Origin: Candidatus Magasanikiibacteriota bacterium
GTDB lineage: Bacteria; Patescibacteriota; Patescibacteriia; Magasanikbacterales; UBA922
DNA: 64,000 nt
Direction of reading: 5' to 3'
Assembly: GCA_052034405.1 (NCBI GenBank)
Contig: JBPOIO010000004.1
Location: 751-64,750, forward strand
Shown: positions 48,928-59,163 of the stretch, in pieces
How positions within the stretch are numbered: the stretch's first letter is position 1
Layout: each line of letters opens with the position of its first letter
Notes under the pieces: model-generated
Database searches by the model: none
The model's input: only the letters and a program-made list of their open reading frames with translations
Told to the model about the DNA's origin: nothing
Position numbers and translations under genes: made by a program

Positions 48928-50391
48928 TTACAAAGCGTTTTGTATTTCTTTTTCGAGACTGTCAAAATCAAGGGCCCCAGAAATTGGAGTGACTTCACCT
49001 TTTGTGTTAAAAAGCAATGTATAGGGAGTTCCCTGTGCCCCAGCATTCATGGCATCGGCAATATCTTCATCTACTTTTTGTGAATATTTTTCAGTTTTGT
49101 AACAAGTATTGAAGGTTGGAACATCCACTCCTGCTTGTACAGCATAACTTGGTAATTTACTCAGATCAAGACTATCATTGGAATTGGTATTGGCAAACAA
49201 AATATCTGCAAACTGCCAAAATTTTCCTTGTTCCCCTGCACATTCACTCGCAAGTGCTTCGGCCCGAGCCTGTGAATGAAGTGACTCGAGTGGATATTGA
49301 CGAAATACCCAGCGTATACGATCTCCATATTGGGCCATAGCTTGTTTCATTGTTGCATGAAACTGTTTGCAATATGGGCATTCAAAATCTGCATATTCAA
49401 TCAAAGTCACTTTTGCTTTCATATTACCCGTAATATGATCAAAATTATCATCAACTTTCAAATATTTGATATCATTTTGAGGTTCATCAATTGGCAATGG
49501 ATTTGAAATATCTTCGATTCCATGAGTAAACAAATCAAGCGGATTCATGTTATCAAAATTCAAATCTGGATTTGTCCATGGATCTTGATCAAGACTATTA
49601 TCAAGTGGCAAATTATTCATGAGATCCTCTGAAAAAGAGTCTCCAAATCCACTAAACATTTGTGCAAAGGCATCTGTAAAATACTGACTAAAAAATTCAC
49701 CGATATTGTCAATTGGCGCTCCAATTTGGAATTGATAAATAGGTGAAAGTACAGGCACACGATCACGACGATATCCAATATAATCAAGCAAAGTCTCATT
49801 TTTTACATGGTGACGCATCATACGACCTGTTTTTGCATCAGGCAAAGTCACATATATTTTTGACAAATTATCACTATATCGAAACAAATAAGCTCCTTGT
49901 AAAAATACTTCATCCGTACTTTTGATTTCACTTCCTTCTACAAATTTATCCAAAGTAGCCTGAGGAACTGTCTCTACCCATGAAGCATCAAAACCCATTG
50001 TTGCAAGAAGTTCCGCACTCGCAATTTTATTTTTGAAAACAGACAAAACCAAATAAACACTGTCACTACTTGGTGATTTTATAAGTGACCCTGTACGTGG
50101 AAAATATTTTGGTCCCATGGTCGCAGGCAAAAGGTCAGTTTTTACAGCAGACAATTTTGCTCCACTTGTTACTTGAACCGCATTCCAAGAATCAAAATAA
50201 GAAAAATACTCATCTTGATTGAGCAGTTGCTTGCTGCAATGATCCGTAATATAGTAAACCGCAGGACTTTGGGCTGTTTTATAAGCTCCACCACTACTCA
50301 GTGGACAGCTCGCAGCAGAAACAGAAGCTGGAACAAAACCCAAAATTCCAGCACAAAGCACAAAAGCTGAAACAATATACTTCATAATCAA
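48928..50391 (-). CDS. secreted protein with N-terminal surface repeats and C-terminal DsbA domain (CPYC)
   Basis: Signal peptide; repeats like K...S..VY; EYADFECPYC, ECAGEQGKFW, GTP. Confidence 0.85.
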   Translation of the reverse strand: MIMKYIVSAFVLCAGILGFVPASVSAASCPLSSGGAYKTAQSPAVYYITDHCSKQLLNQDEYFSYFDSWNAVQVTSGAKLSAVKTDLLPATMGPKYFPRTGSLIKSPSSDSVYLVLSVFKNKIASAELLATMGFDASWVETVPQATLDKFVEGSEIKSTDEVFLQGAYLFRYSDNLSKIYVTLPDAKTGRMMRHHVKNETLLDYIGYRRDRVPVLSPIYQFQIGAPIDNIGEFFSQYFTDAFAQMFSGFGDSFSEDLMNNLPLDNSLDQDPWTNPDLNFDNMNPLDLFTHGIEDISNPLPIDEPQNDIKYLKVDDNFDHITGNMKAKVTLIEYADFECPYCKQFHATMKQAMAQYGDRIRWVFRQYPLESLHSQARAEALASECAGEQGKFWQFADILFANTNSNDSLDLSKLPSYAVQAGVDVPTFNTCYKTEKYSQKVDEDIADAMNAGAQGTPYTLLFNTKGEVTPISGALDFDSLEKEIQNAL

Positions 50392-50462
50392 GTATAAAAA
50401 TTAAAAGTAATTTTTTTATCTTCTCAAGAATAACAGTTTTGAAAATATTTTGCAAAGAAACC

Positions 50463-51716
50463 CTAAAATTTAGAAATATCACGAGCAGAAAAAAGATTCA
50501 AGGTCCAATTTGCCGCCACTTTAAACTTTTTTTGCCAAGAAATAAGTTTACTCAGATATATCGTACGCCAAATCCACCAGGCAAGATGACCACTGAATGA
50601 AAAATTGGAAATTTCCCCCATAGCCATCCAGTGACCAAGGGAAACCAACGAACCCTTGTGATGATACTCAAAGGCTTGAAGTGTTGTACCCGAAATTGAC
50701 GCCGCAATATTCTTGGCAGCAGCCTCAGCTTCTTTCACCGCCACTTGAGCCAGAGCTGGCAAAGGTTTTTGTGTTTTTGGATCAATATAACCAGACATAT
50801 CACCAAGCACAAACACTTCAGGATAGTCTTTCATATTGAGTGTGCTTTCTACAGGAATCGTTCCATTTTTATTTTTTATAATTTCTTCATCAAATTTTAG
50901 AGAGACAGGAGCAATTCCCGCAGTCCAAATAGGATTTGAACTTTCAATAAGTTCAGCATTTTTACACATTACTCCCCGTTCATCAATACTTACTACTTCT
51001 GTATTCAACAATATTTTTACAGCTTTTTTTGTGAGTACTTCAAAGCTTTTTTTACGCAATTTTTCGGAAAACATGGACAAAAGTTCTCTGTCTCGATGAA
51101 TCAAAACAATTTCTGCATCACGCAAAATATTTGCATTACAAAAATATTTATCAAGTGTCCCTTGAAAAAATTCTATCATTTCTGCGGCAAGCTCTACCCC
51201 AGTTGGACCGCCTCCAATAATTACCATACGAAGCAATTTTCGTCGTTCGCGTTCATCTGTAACATGTAAGGCCTGTTCACAAACATCAATACAGCGATTT
51301 TTAATACGCTTGGCATCATCCAAATTTTTAAGCGTCAAACAATTTTCCTCAGCACCAGGAATAGCAAAAAAATTGGAAGTACTTCCAAGTCCAAGTACCA
51401 AATAATCGTAGCGAATCTCCCCATCAGCTGTTTTGATAGATTTTTCTTTGAGTGAAATTGATTGCACTTCACTGATGTGAAATTTTGCAAGACAACAACC
51501 CAAAACTTTTCGGATTGGTTCAACTATATTTTGGGGATCAATACTACCCGTCGCTACTTCGTGTAACAGTGGTGTAAACAAAAAATAATTTGTTCGACTT
51601 ACCATCACGAGTTCAACATTTTTATCATGATGATATATTTTATGAAGTTGTTTATAGGCATAAACACCAGCAAAACCCGCACCGAGAATAACGATGCGTT
51701 TTTTTTCTTTTTGCAT
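50463..51716 (-). CDS. ndh: type II NADH dehydrogenase family (NAD(P)/FAD oxidoreductase)
   Basis: ILGAGFAG, FLFTPLLHEVATG, IIGGGPTGVELAAE, WTAG, LAQVA, KGSLVSLG. Confidence 0.88.
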   Translation of the reverse strand: MQKEKKRIVILGAGFAGVYAYKQLHKIYHHDKNVELVMVSRTNYFLFTPLLHEVATGSIDPQNIVEPIRKVLGCCLAKFHISEVQSISLKEKSIKTADGEIRYDYLVLGLGSTSNFFAIPGAEENCLTLKNLDDAKRIKNRCIDVCEQALHVTDERERRKLLRMVIIGGGPTGVELAAEMIEFFQGTLDKYFCNANILRDAEIVLIHRDRELLSMFSEKLRKKSFEVLTKKAVKILLNTEVVSIDERGVMCKNAELIESSNPIWTAGIAPVSLKFDEEIIKNKNGTIPVESTLNMKDYPEVFVLGDMSGYIDPKTQKPLPALAQVAVKEAEAAAKNIAASISGTTLQAFEYHHKGSLVSLGHWMAMGEISNFSFSGHLAWWIWRTIYLSKLISWQKKFKVAANWTLNLFSARDISKF

Positions 51717-51727
51717 AATTCAAGATA

Positions 51728-52711
51728 TTAACGAATTCCAACTTTTCGACGAACTTCTTCCATTGTTTTTTGTGCGATACTACGAGCTTTTTCTGCACCA
51801 CGATTCAAAACATCGGCGATTTCATCGTGATTGGAGAGAAGCTGATTTCGACGAATACGAAACTCTTCAAAATAGGCTGAAATAGCATTTGCCAAATCAG
51901 TTTTGAGGTCCCCATAGCGAATCGAGCCATCTTTTTCCGCCTCACTATATTGTTTATACAACTGAGGAGTAGCAAAATATTTCAAAAGCTCAATAAGATT
52001 ATTGGCCCCTGGAGATCCAGCACCACCTTCGGTTGCTGTCACAACTTTTTTGAGTTTTTTCAAAAGAAGCTCTGGTTCATCACACAGTTGAATCACTGTA
52101 TCAAGTCCATGACTTTTACTCATCTTTTTTTCAGGCTCAAGCAAACTCATAATCTTTGGAGTTTCAGTAAGAAATGGTTTTGTTTCTGGAAAATAATTTC
52201 CATAACGATTGTTAAACCAACGCGCACAATCACGAGTGAGTTCCACATGCTGTACTTGATCCTGACCAACAGGAACAAGTGTTGCGTGATAGAGCAAAAT
52301 ATCTGCAGCCTGTAAAATTGGATAGGTCAAAAGTCCAGTATTAATATTTTTTGCTTGACGCGCAGATTTATCTTTGAACTGTGTCATGCGTTCAACCTCT
52401 GCAACAGGAGTAAGTGTATTAAAAATCCATCCAAGCTCTGTGTGTTCTGGCACATGAGATTGAACAAAAAGTGTTGTCTTGTGAGGATCAATACCCGCAG
52501 CCAAAAGTTCTGCCGCAACGAGAGTAATTTGCTCACGGCGAGTTTTGGCATCCATATCCCCTGTCAATGAATGCAAATCTGCAATAAAAATATACATGTC
52601 ATACTTGCCACTTTCCTGCATTTCTACCCAATTTTTTACAGCACCAAGATAATTTCCGATATGAAGGTTTCCGGTCGGCTGAATACCTGAGACAACAATA
52701 GGTTTTGACAT
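51728..52711 (-). CDS. trpS: tryptophan--tRNA ligase
   Basis: SGIQPTG.LHIGNY, YPILQAADILLY, VPVGQDQ, KMSKS. Confidence 0.97.
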   Translation of the reverse strand: MSKPIVVSGIQPTGNLHIGNYLGAVKNWVEMQESGKYDMYIFIADLHSLTGDMDAKTRREQITLVAAELLAAGIDPHKTTLFVQSHVPEHTELGWIFNTLTPVAEVERMTQFKDKSARQAKNINTGLLTYPILQAADILLYHATLVPVGQDQVQHVELTRDCARWFNNRYGNYFPETKPFLTETPKIMSLLEPEKKMSKSHGLDTVIQLCDEPELLLKKLKKVVTATEGGAGSPGANNLIELLKYFATPQLYKQYSEAEKDGSIRYGDLKTDLANAISAYFEEFRIRRNQLLSNHDEIADVLNRGAEKARSIAQKTMEEVRRKVGIR

Positions 52712-52777
52712 AATTCTACGGGGCTAAATATATAGCTTATAGTGTATGGCATTTAGCAGAAAAAGACAAGTTTGATA

Positions 52778-52806
52778 TTGACAAAAAGCATTATTTTAAG
52801 TATAGT
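52778..52806 (+). promoter_or_regulatory. sigma70 promoter of the orphan lipoprotein gene
   Basis: TTGACA-17 bp-TATAGT. Confidence 0.78.
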
Positions 52807-52821
52807 TCCGAAACTTTCAAA

Positions 52822-53250
52822 ATTTGGAAATTGAAGTGGTTGCTGTCTGACGGGTATATAAGAACACTCCTTCAAGAGGAAATACAATCATGAAAATGAC
52901 GACGGCTCTACTGATCGCTACGATAATGCTGGGCTGCGCCACGAAGCCCCTGTTCACAAAACCCCACAAAACGATGCCCCCAGCGGCACGCGAACAGGAA
53001 AGCCCCTTGGAGCAAGTCGGGGCCAAGGACTTTGGCCTCCAGCACGACGGAAGTTTTGTGGCCTGTGGCCCGAGTGAGGCCATCGCAAGCGCAGAGGCCA
53101 AAAACTACTTCCAGGGACGAAAAACCCGAAACGGAGTTCAAGTCTCCGACCGCCCCGAAGAAAACTCGGATAGGCTGACCTGCGCAAGGGTCTGGCCGGA
53201 GTGAGTTTTCGCTTCACCCTCGACGCCACCACCCACTCCAATTTCCAAAT
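52822..53250. repeat. 24-bp inverted repeat pair (52822-52845 / 53227-53250) flanking one ORF
   Basis: ATTTGGAAATTGAAGTGGTTGCTG versus the reverse complement of the right arm ATTTGGAAATTGGAGTGGGTGGTG (21/24). Confidence 0.85.
52890..53204 (+). CDS. GC-enriched orphan predicted lipoprotein
   Basis: MKMTTALLIATIMLG-C lipobox-like signal; GAGGA ribosome-binding site. Confidence 0.65.
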   Translation: MKMTTALLIATIMLGCATKPLFTKPHKTMPPAAREQESPLEQVGAKDFGLQHDGSFVACGPSEAIASAEAKNYFQGRKTRNGVQVSDRPEENSDRLTCARVWPE

Positions 53251-53252
53251 AC

Positions 53253-53281
53253 AAAAAGACCAGCTTTCGCTGGTCTTTTTT
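53253..53281. terminator. bidirectional terminator
   Basis: AAAAAGACCAGC-TTTC-GCTGGTCTTTTT. Confidence 0.85.
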
Positions 53282-53292
53282 ATTCTTCTTTT

Positions 53293-55506
53293 TTAGTTCT
53301 CACGACGAGGTGGAAATGGTTTACGAAATCCTCCACCGTTTCCTGTTCGAGGAGGTCCCATTGGGCGACGTTCTTGTTCCACATAGCCTTCTGGTTTTGG
53401 CAAAAGTGCTTTCATAGAGAGGTTCACACGTCCCATAGAGTCAATTTCTTTCACTTTTACTTTTACCACATCACCAAGTTTCAAAACATCACTTGGTTTA
53501 TTGACACGTTCATAGCTAATTTCAGAAACATGTACGAGTCCATCTTTATTTGGTGTAAGAGATACAAATGCACCAAAATCCTCAATACGAACTACTTTTC
53601 CTTCATAGATCTCCCCTGCTGTAATATCTTTTGTAATTTCGTTTACGCGATCAATCGCCATTTGCATTTTTGTCGCATCAACTGATGTGATAAGCACACG
53701 TCCATCTTGTTCAATATCAATATCAACTCCAGTTTCTTCCACAATTTTCTTAATAGTTTTTCCACCAGGTCCAATAAGATCACCAATTTTTTCTGGATTG
53801 ATTTGAATTGTTACTATGCGAGGTGCATATTTTGAAAGTTCAGCTCGAGGCTCTGCAATAACAGTTGCCATTTTTGCCAAAATTTCTTTGCGAGCTTCAA
53901 GGGCCTGCTTCAAAGTTTGCTCTACAATATTCCAAGTCAAACCTTGAGTTTTTGTATCCATTTGAATGGCAGTAATACCATCAAGCGTACCAGCAATTTT
54001 GAAGTCCATTCCACCATGTCCATCTTCTACATCTTGAAGATCTGTCAATACTTTGTAATTACCTTTGTCATCACTTGCAAGTCCCATAGCAATACCTGCA
54101 ACAGGTTTACGAAGTGGAACTCCAGCTGCCATGAGTGACAAACTTGATCCACAAGTAGAAGCCATTGAACTTGATCCGTTTGAACCAAGAACTTCTGACA
54201 CTACGCGAATTGCATATGGAAAATCTGCCTCAAGAGGAAGTACTGGTTCGATGGCACGTTCTGCAAGTGCACCATGACCAATCGCACGGCGTCCTGGTCC
54301 ACGAAGTGGTCCAGCTTCTCCATAACTATATGGAGCATCATTGTAGTGGTGCATGTAACGTTTTTTACCATCTTCTTCCATACTATCAAGTGTCTGTACG
54401 TCTCCTGGAGCACCAAGAGTAACAATAGACAAAACCTGTGTATCTCCGCGCATAAACATACCAGAACCGTGTACGCGTGGAAGAAGGTCAACTTCAACTT
54501 GAAGTTCACGAATTTCAGTAATACTTCGTCCATCAAGACGTTGATTTTTACTCAGGATTCTTTCTGAAATAACGTCCCCAATACTATATTTGAGCTGAGA
54601 CAAAGCACCTGCAAGAACTTTTTCATCAATTTCTTTATCAGCAAAAAATTCCTTTGCTTTTGTTTTCATAGCATCAATCATTGCTACGCGATCAGATTTT
54701 GTAATTTTATTTGAATTGAAAATCATTGACTCAGCGTTGTCCGCAATAAATTGTTTTACCTGTGCAGCAACTTCACTTTCAGGAGTAACTTTCACTTCTG
54801 GAGTAATTTTTGCAAGTCCTGCTTCTACTTGAATTTTTTTGATAAAATCAACGACAGGTTGCATTTGCTCACTTCCCCATTTCATAGCTTCAAACATTTT
54901 TCCTTCAGGAACTTCACTTGCTCCTGCTTCTACCATGATGAGTTTTTCTGCAGTTCCAGCAACCACAAGATCAAGTGTTTTATTGGCTTCAAGTTCACTC
55001 GCAGTAACATTGAGGATATATCCACCTTCTGCATTCATACCAACACGCGCTGCAGCAATAGGACCATTCCAAGGAATAGATGAAAGTGAAAGTGCGGCAG
55101 AAGCAGCCACAAGTCCAGTAATAGCAGCATCGTTTTCTCCGTCAACAGCAAGAGCTGTAATAATCACTTGCACATCTTCACGAATACTTTCGTCAAAAAG
55201 TGGACGAATAGAACGATCAATAAGACGTCCTGCCAAAATTGCTTCGTCACTTGGACGTCCTTCACGTTTCATAAAACGTGAGCCTTTGATTTTTCCAGCC
55301 GCGTAAAGTTTTTCTTCAAAATCTACAGAAAGAGGAAAGTAGTCGAGCCCAGGTCGAATATTACTACTTTTTACTACTGTCGCCATAATAACTGTTTCAC
55401 CATATTGAACAGTACATGAGGCATTTGTTTGAAGAGCCAAACGTCCTGTTTCTACAGTAAGCGTTCGTCCTCCCCAGGACATTTCCCATTTTTTTGTTTG
55501 CAACAT
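53293..55506 (-). CDS. pnp: polyribonucleotide nucleotidyltransferase
   Basis: Two RNase PH domains, [24 protein letters not shown] and S1 domains. Confidence 0.97.
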   Translation of the reverse strand: MLQTKKWEMSWGGRTLTVETGRLALQTNASCTVQYGETVIMATVVKSSNIRPGLDYFPLSVDFEEKLYAAGKIKGSRFMKREGRPSDEAILAGRLIDRSIRPLFDESIREDVQVIITALAVDGENDAAITGLVAASAALSLSSIPWNGPIAAARVGMNAEGGYILNVTASELEANKTLDLVVAGTAEKLIMVEAGASEVPEGKMFEAMKWGSEQMQPVVDFIKKIQVEAGLAKITPEVKVTPESEVAAQVKQFIADNAESMIFNSNKITKSDRVAMIDAMKTKAKEFFADKEIDEKVLAGALSQLKYSIGDVISERILSKNQRLDGRSITEIRELQVEVDLLPRVHGSGMFMRGDTQVLSIVTLGAPGDVQTLDSMEEDGKKRYMHHYNDAPYSYGEAGPLRGPGRRAIGHGALAERAIEPVLPLEADFPYAIRVVSEVLGSNGSSSMASTCGSSLSLMAAGVPLRKPVAGIAMGLASDDKGNYKVLTDLQDVEDGHGGMDFKIAGTLDGITAIQMDTKTQGLTWNIVEQTLKQALEARKEILAKMATVIAEPRAELSKYAPRIVTIQINPEKIGDLIGPGGKTIKKIVEETGVDIDIEQDGRVLITSVDATKMQMAIDRVNEITKDITAGEIYEGKVVRIEDFGAFVSLTPNKDGLVHVSEISYERVNKPSDVLKLGDVVKVKVKEIDSMGRVNLSMKALLPKPEGYVEQERRPMGPPRTGNGGGFRKPFPPRREN

Positions 55507-55525
55507 ATATATGTATGCTTAGTGC

Positions 55526-55701
55526 TGGTCATAAGGCGAAAGATCCTTTTATAAATTTAGGGATCTCGATGTCTTATGACCAACTTTGATAAATAAATTA
55601 ACTCGGAGTTATGTATTTGACCTTTTCGCTTTCCTCGCCCTGGGCTCAGGGATGACCTCTGCGGAGTTCATAACCCACTCAAAGGTCAAATACCTAACTC
55701 C
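55526..55701 (-). promoter_or_regulatory. two long stem-loops in the pnp leader
   Basis: 55526-55582 (TGGTCATAAG/CTTATGACCA plus AGATCC/GGATCT) and 55605-55701 (21-bp arms, 20/21). Confidence 0.7.
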
Positions 55702-55712
55702 TCACAATTTAT

Positions 55713-56306
55713 TTACTTTCTTTTTTGTGTACGAAATCGCGCAGCAAGTCTCTCACCAATCAAAAACATTTCTTTTCCATCACTCAAATTCACAAAGTCA
55801 TCACAAACTTCTACAAGCTTACTCGATGTTGTTTCTGCAAAAGCAACAACCTCAACTTGTTTTCCTGTACTTTTTTGCAAATATTCTACAAGTGGAACAT
55901 AATCACCATCTCCTGAGATTAAGATTATAGCATCAAGTGTTGATGAAAGTCGAATTGCATCCACTGTCAGTCCTACATCCCAATCTGCTTTTTTTGTTCC
56001 ACTACTAAAAATTTGCAAATCTTTTTCACGAGTTTCAATACCTTGATTGTACAGAGCTTCAAAAAACGGTTGTTCATCTTGAGATTCTGTTCGAACTACA
56101 TAGGCAATAGCACGAATCAATTTTCGTCCAGCCACAGCCTCTCGAACAATATTTCCAAAATGAACTTTTTTGCCATGAAGATGTCTCGCGCTATAATAAA
56201 GGTTCTGAACATCAATAAAAACCCCAACGCGCTGGTCGGGGTGTTTTAATGGATTTTTTTTATTCGGCAATGTCTGATTCATTTGGTTCTTCTTCGTCGT
56301 TTTCAA
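55713..56306 (-). CDS. NYN (LabA/DUF88) domain protein
   Basis: VFIDVQNLY, KADWDVGLTVD, LISGDGDYVPL. Confidence 0.9.
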   Translation of the reverse strand: MKTTKKNQMNQTLPNKKNPLKHPDQRVGVFIDVQNLYYSARHLHGKKVHFGNIVREAVAGRKLIRAIAYVVRTESQDEQPFFEALYNQGIETREKDLQIFSSGTKKADWDVGLTVDAIRLSSTLDAIILISGDGDYVPLVEYLQKSTGKQVEVVAFAETTSSKLVEVCDDFVNLSDGKEMFLIGERLAARFRTQKRK

Positions 56307-56595
56307 TAGTTTGTTTGATAAGTGTTTTTGCTTGTTTAAGTTTCAATTTTTTCACCAAATCTTCGTAGGATACAGCATTTTCTTTTTTCAAATAACGAAG
56401 AAGTCTTCGACGAGCACCAACTTTACGAAGGAGACCGCGGCGACTTGAATGGTCTTTTGGATGAAGCTTCAAGTGCTCTACAAGTTCATCAATTTCTGTT
56501 GAAAGAAGGGCAATTTGAACTTCACTTGATCCAGTATCCCCAGCGTGGGTTTGGAATTTCTTAATAACTTTTCCTTTTTTGTCTTTTTCTAACAT
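56260..56595 (-). CDS. rpsO: 30S ribosomal protein S15 with acidic C-terminal extension
   Basis: DTGSSEVQIALL, HLK.HPKDHSSRRGLL..VG.RRRLL.YL; start at MLEKDKK. Confidence 0.95.
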   Translation of the reverse strand: MLEKDKKGKVIKKFQTHAGDTGSSEVQIALLSTEIDELVEHLKLHPKDHSSRRGLLRKVGARRRLLRYLKKENAVSYEDLVKKLKLKQAKTLIKQTIENDEEEPNESDIAE

Positions 56596-56697
56596 ACATG
56601 CCAAAAGTTTACCGGGCCTATGGTTCGCATGTACACCGACTGAGCCGGGGGCATCCAAGGTCCGTTTCCCTATTAATAGGGATTAAATGATAGCGGA

Positions 56698-56765
56698 AGT
56701 ATAGCAGAAACAGGGCCTTTTTGTCAAGGGTACCTGTTGACAATGACGATTTTATGCTATACTAT
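56698..56765. promoter_or_regulatory. back-to-back sigma70 promoters (rpsO on minus, DsbA-like gene on plus)
   Basis: Minus: TTGACA(56727-56722)-18 bp-TATACT; plus: TTGACA(56737)-17 bp-TACTAT. Confidence 0.65.
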
Positions 56766-56790
56766 AAACACCTTATATTTTCCCCTCTCT

Positions 56791-57552
56791 ATGCCAGGAA
56801 GTTTGAACCCAAAAAAACCATTTTTTAAGACTTTTTTTGGCATTGTTACGCTTATTCTTCTCTCAATTTTGGCCCTTGCTTTCATTGTTTTTGGCTGTTT
56901 TTTTGCTTACTATCTCTGGGCGCAAAAATATGCCTCTCCAGAAGTCCAAAAAGAACTTTCCGAACGCTATAACCCCTCATTTACCAAAGCTCCTGGTCTT
57001 GGTGGACAAGCAAGCCAAACAAACAAAAACGTCGCTTCCTATATCCGAAAACACAATGCCACTTTTGGCCCCGAAAAAGCCCCTATTACAATAGTTGCAT
57101 TTATTGATTTTGAATGCCCTTATTCTCATAAATCTTACCCTATTTTCGAAGAAGTCCTCAAAAAATATGGCCCAACAGTCCGTGTGATCTTCAAAAATTT
57201 TCCTATTCAATCTATTCACGAACATGCACTTCTTGCCTCACTTGCTGGTGCCTGTGCCCAAGAACAAAACAAATTTTGGCCTTATTACAGAGATATTTTT
57301 GCATTACCCGAAATTAACGAAGATCTTGTAAAAGCAGAAGCTACAAAACTCAAACTGGATAGTACAAAATTTTCAGCTTGTATCGATAAACAAGATTATA
57401 ACAAAAATGTTATGGAAGATTTGCAAGATGGAATTGCACTTGGCGTAGAAGGAACCCCAACGTATTTTGTAAATCAACAAAAAATTGAAGGAGTACTTGA
57501 CAGTGCTGGCTGGGATCAAGTCCTCCTCAAAGAAATTCAAAAGAAAAAATAA
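56791..57552 (+). CDS. DsbA-like protein with CPYS (CxxS) motif
   Basis: N-terminal TM, FIDFECPYS, FKNFPI..IH, CAQEQNKFW, GVEGTPT. Confidence 0.87.
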   Translation: MPGSLNPKKPFFKTFFGIVTLILLSILALAFIVFGCFFAYYLWAQKYASPEVQKELSERYNPSFTKAPGLGGQASQTNKNVASYIRKHNATFGPEKAPITIVAFIDFECPYSHKSYPIFEEVLKKYGPTVRVIFKNFPIQSIHEHALLASLAGACAQEQNKFWPYYRDIFALPEINEDLVKAEATKLKLDSTKFSACIDKQDYNKNVMEDLQDGIALGVEGTPTYFVNQQKIEGVLDSAGWDQVLLKEIQKKK

Positions 57553-57591
57553 AATTTTTCTTCGATCACATTACTCGATAATAAGCTTTGT

Positions 57592-59136
57592 ATGTCAAAA
57601 TCTCTATTCACGCTTCTTTTTTTCACATTTTTTCTTGGAGCAATACCAAGCGTAGTACAAGCTCAAACAGCCCAACCTCTTGATGCACGTTGTTTTACGC
57701 AGACAGAATGTAAGGCAGCTCGTGCAAAAATGAACATGCCAATCGAAGAGCAAGTCAAAGGGTTTTATAACAATACCTCAGAAACACGCGAGGCCTGTAA
57801 AAACAAAAAAGATTCTGCAGGTATAGAACTTGGCTTTTGTCTTCCTGCAGGACAGGCAGTTACAACAGTAAAATTTGGAGGTACAACAAAATTTGCCAAT
57901 ATTGGAATTTTTATACAATATATTTATCGCTACGGTATTATCTTTGCAGGAATTCTTGCAGTGCTCATTATTATCGTAGCAGGACTGCAATGGACATCTT
58001 CTGGTGGCAACAGCAGCACTATTGAATCTGCCAAAAATAGAATCACAGGAGCTGTCACAGGACTTATACTCGTTGCATGTTCGTATATTATCCTCAATAC
58101 CATAAACCCTGCTACGGTCAACCTGCGTCTGCCCCAAATATGGCTACTCCGCCAAGATCGCATCCAAAATCAACATGAATTTTGTGTATCTGTTCCCGCA
58201 GTACCTACAGGAGAACGAGGAAAATTCACCATACCAAAAATTGCACCATATAGCGAAAACTACCAATCTATTCCAGAAGATCAATTCAAAGAAATTTATA
58301 CTCTTCATGCAGGAGATGATAGATACCAAGAAGTATTTCCTCAAAAAACAGAAAATAACCCAGGAGCAACTTGTGGACAAAAAATGGTTATACAAGATAC
58401 ACAAGGAACTTCTTGTACCACTACCTACTGTCCAGATGGACAACTCTGTTTTGCAAAAGAAGGAAAATGTAAACCTGGTCCAGAAAGAGGTGGTATTGCG
58501 GGAACTATTACCGCTCGTGATGGAAAATATTTAGATGATATTTGGCTCAAAGTTGTCTGTAATGATGAAAATGGAAATAGCACGATACGAGATATTGATA
58601 GCGCCAATCTCGGAGATGGGGTTGACTCCTACCAATTTTCTGATGTTACCGCACAAGGAGCAAGTGAATGTGGAGAAGCAAAAAATATAGCAGGATACTT
58701 TTTTACCATAGAAGTAAACGACTCTGATCTTCTCAACACTACCGATGATCAATGGATTGGAGGAAGATCTTTCTGCCAAATCAATGGACCAAGTTGTGGA
58801 TTTTATGGCTACAATGGATCACTCAATGATTCTGATGCCGAGCCTTTTATTGGAGCCATGATACAAACACAAGAACTTTTTCTCCCCGCAGAAATTGATC
58901 GTGGATTCAAATGTGATTTTACCAATACAGTAGAGGCAATGCCAAATATGGGAAATGCCTATAGTGCCTACGTATTTTATGCCGGAGTCAACTATCTGCT
59001 CGATACAAATTCAAGACCAGATAATGAAAGTGCTGAATTTGGAACCCTCAATGGAAAGTGTAGAGAACTGAGTGAAAAACAAGACCAGTGGGATGCCTAT
59101 ATCAAAAAAGTAAAAGATGCAAAAAATAAAAAATAA
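57592..59136 (+). CDS. CPR-type pilin domain fused to a Cys-rich extracellular domain
   Basis: [15 protein letters not shown]...[12 protein letters not shown]...YIILNTINP signature shared with 5041; many cysteines. Confidence 0.75.
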   Translation: MSKSLFTLLFFTFFLGAIPSVVQAQTAQPLDARCFTQTECKAARAKMNMPIEEQVKGFYNNTSETREACKNKKDSAGIELGFCLPAGQAVTTVKFGGTTKFANIGIFIQYIYRYGIIFAGILAVLIIIVAGLQWTSSGGNSSTIESAKNRITGAVTGLILVACSYIILNTINPATVNLRLPQIWLLRQDRIQNQHEFCVSVPAVPTGERGKFTIPKIAPYSENYQSIPEDQFKEIYTLHAGDDRYQEVFPQKTENNPGATCGQKMVIQDTQGTSCTTTYCPDGQLCFAKEGKCKPGPERGGIAGTITARDGKYLDDIWLKVVCNDENGNSTIRDIDSANLGDGVDSYQFSDVTAQGASECGEAKNIAGYFFTIEVNDSDLLNTTDDQWIGGRSFCQINGPSCGFYGYNGSLNDSDAEPFIGAMIQTQELFLPAEIDRGFKCDFTNTVEAMPNMGNAYSAYVFYAGVNYLLDTNSRPDNESAEFGTLNGKCRELSEKQDQWDAYIKKVKDAKNKK

Positions 59137-59163
59137 TAACTCATTATACAGCCTGATCCACCT

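Noticed and set aside
56596-56658. N-terminal extension of S15 in the ORF track (similar extensions for radA, the guaB-like gene, rplS, recO)
   Set aside because: Upstream in-frame starts run through leader or neighbouring-gene sequence; homology begins at the downstream ATG
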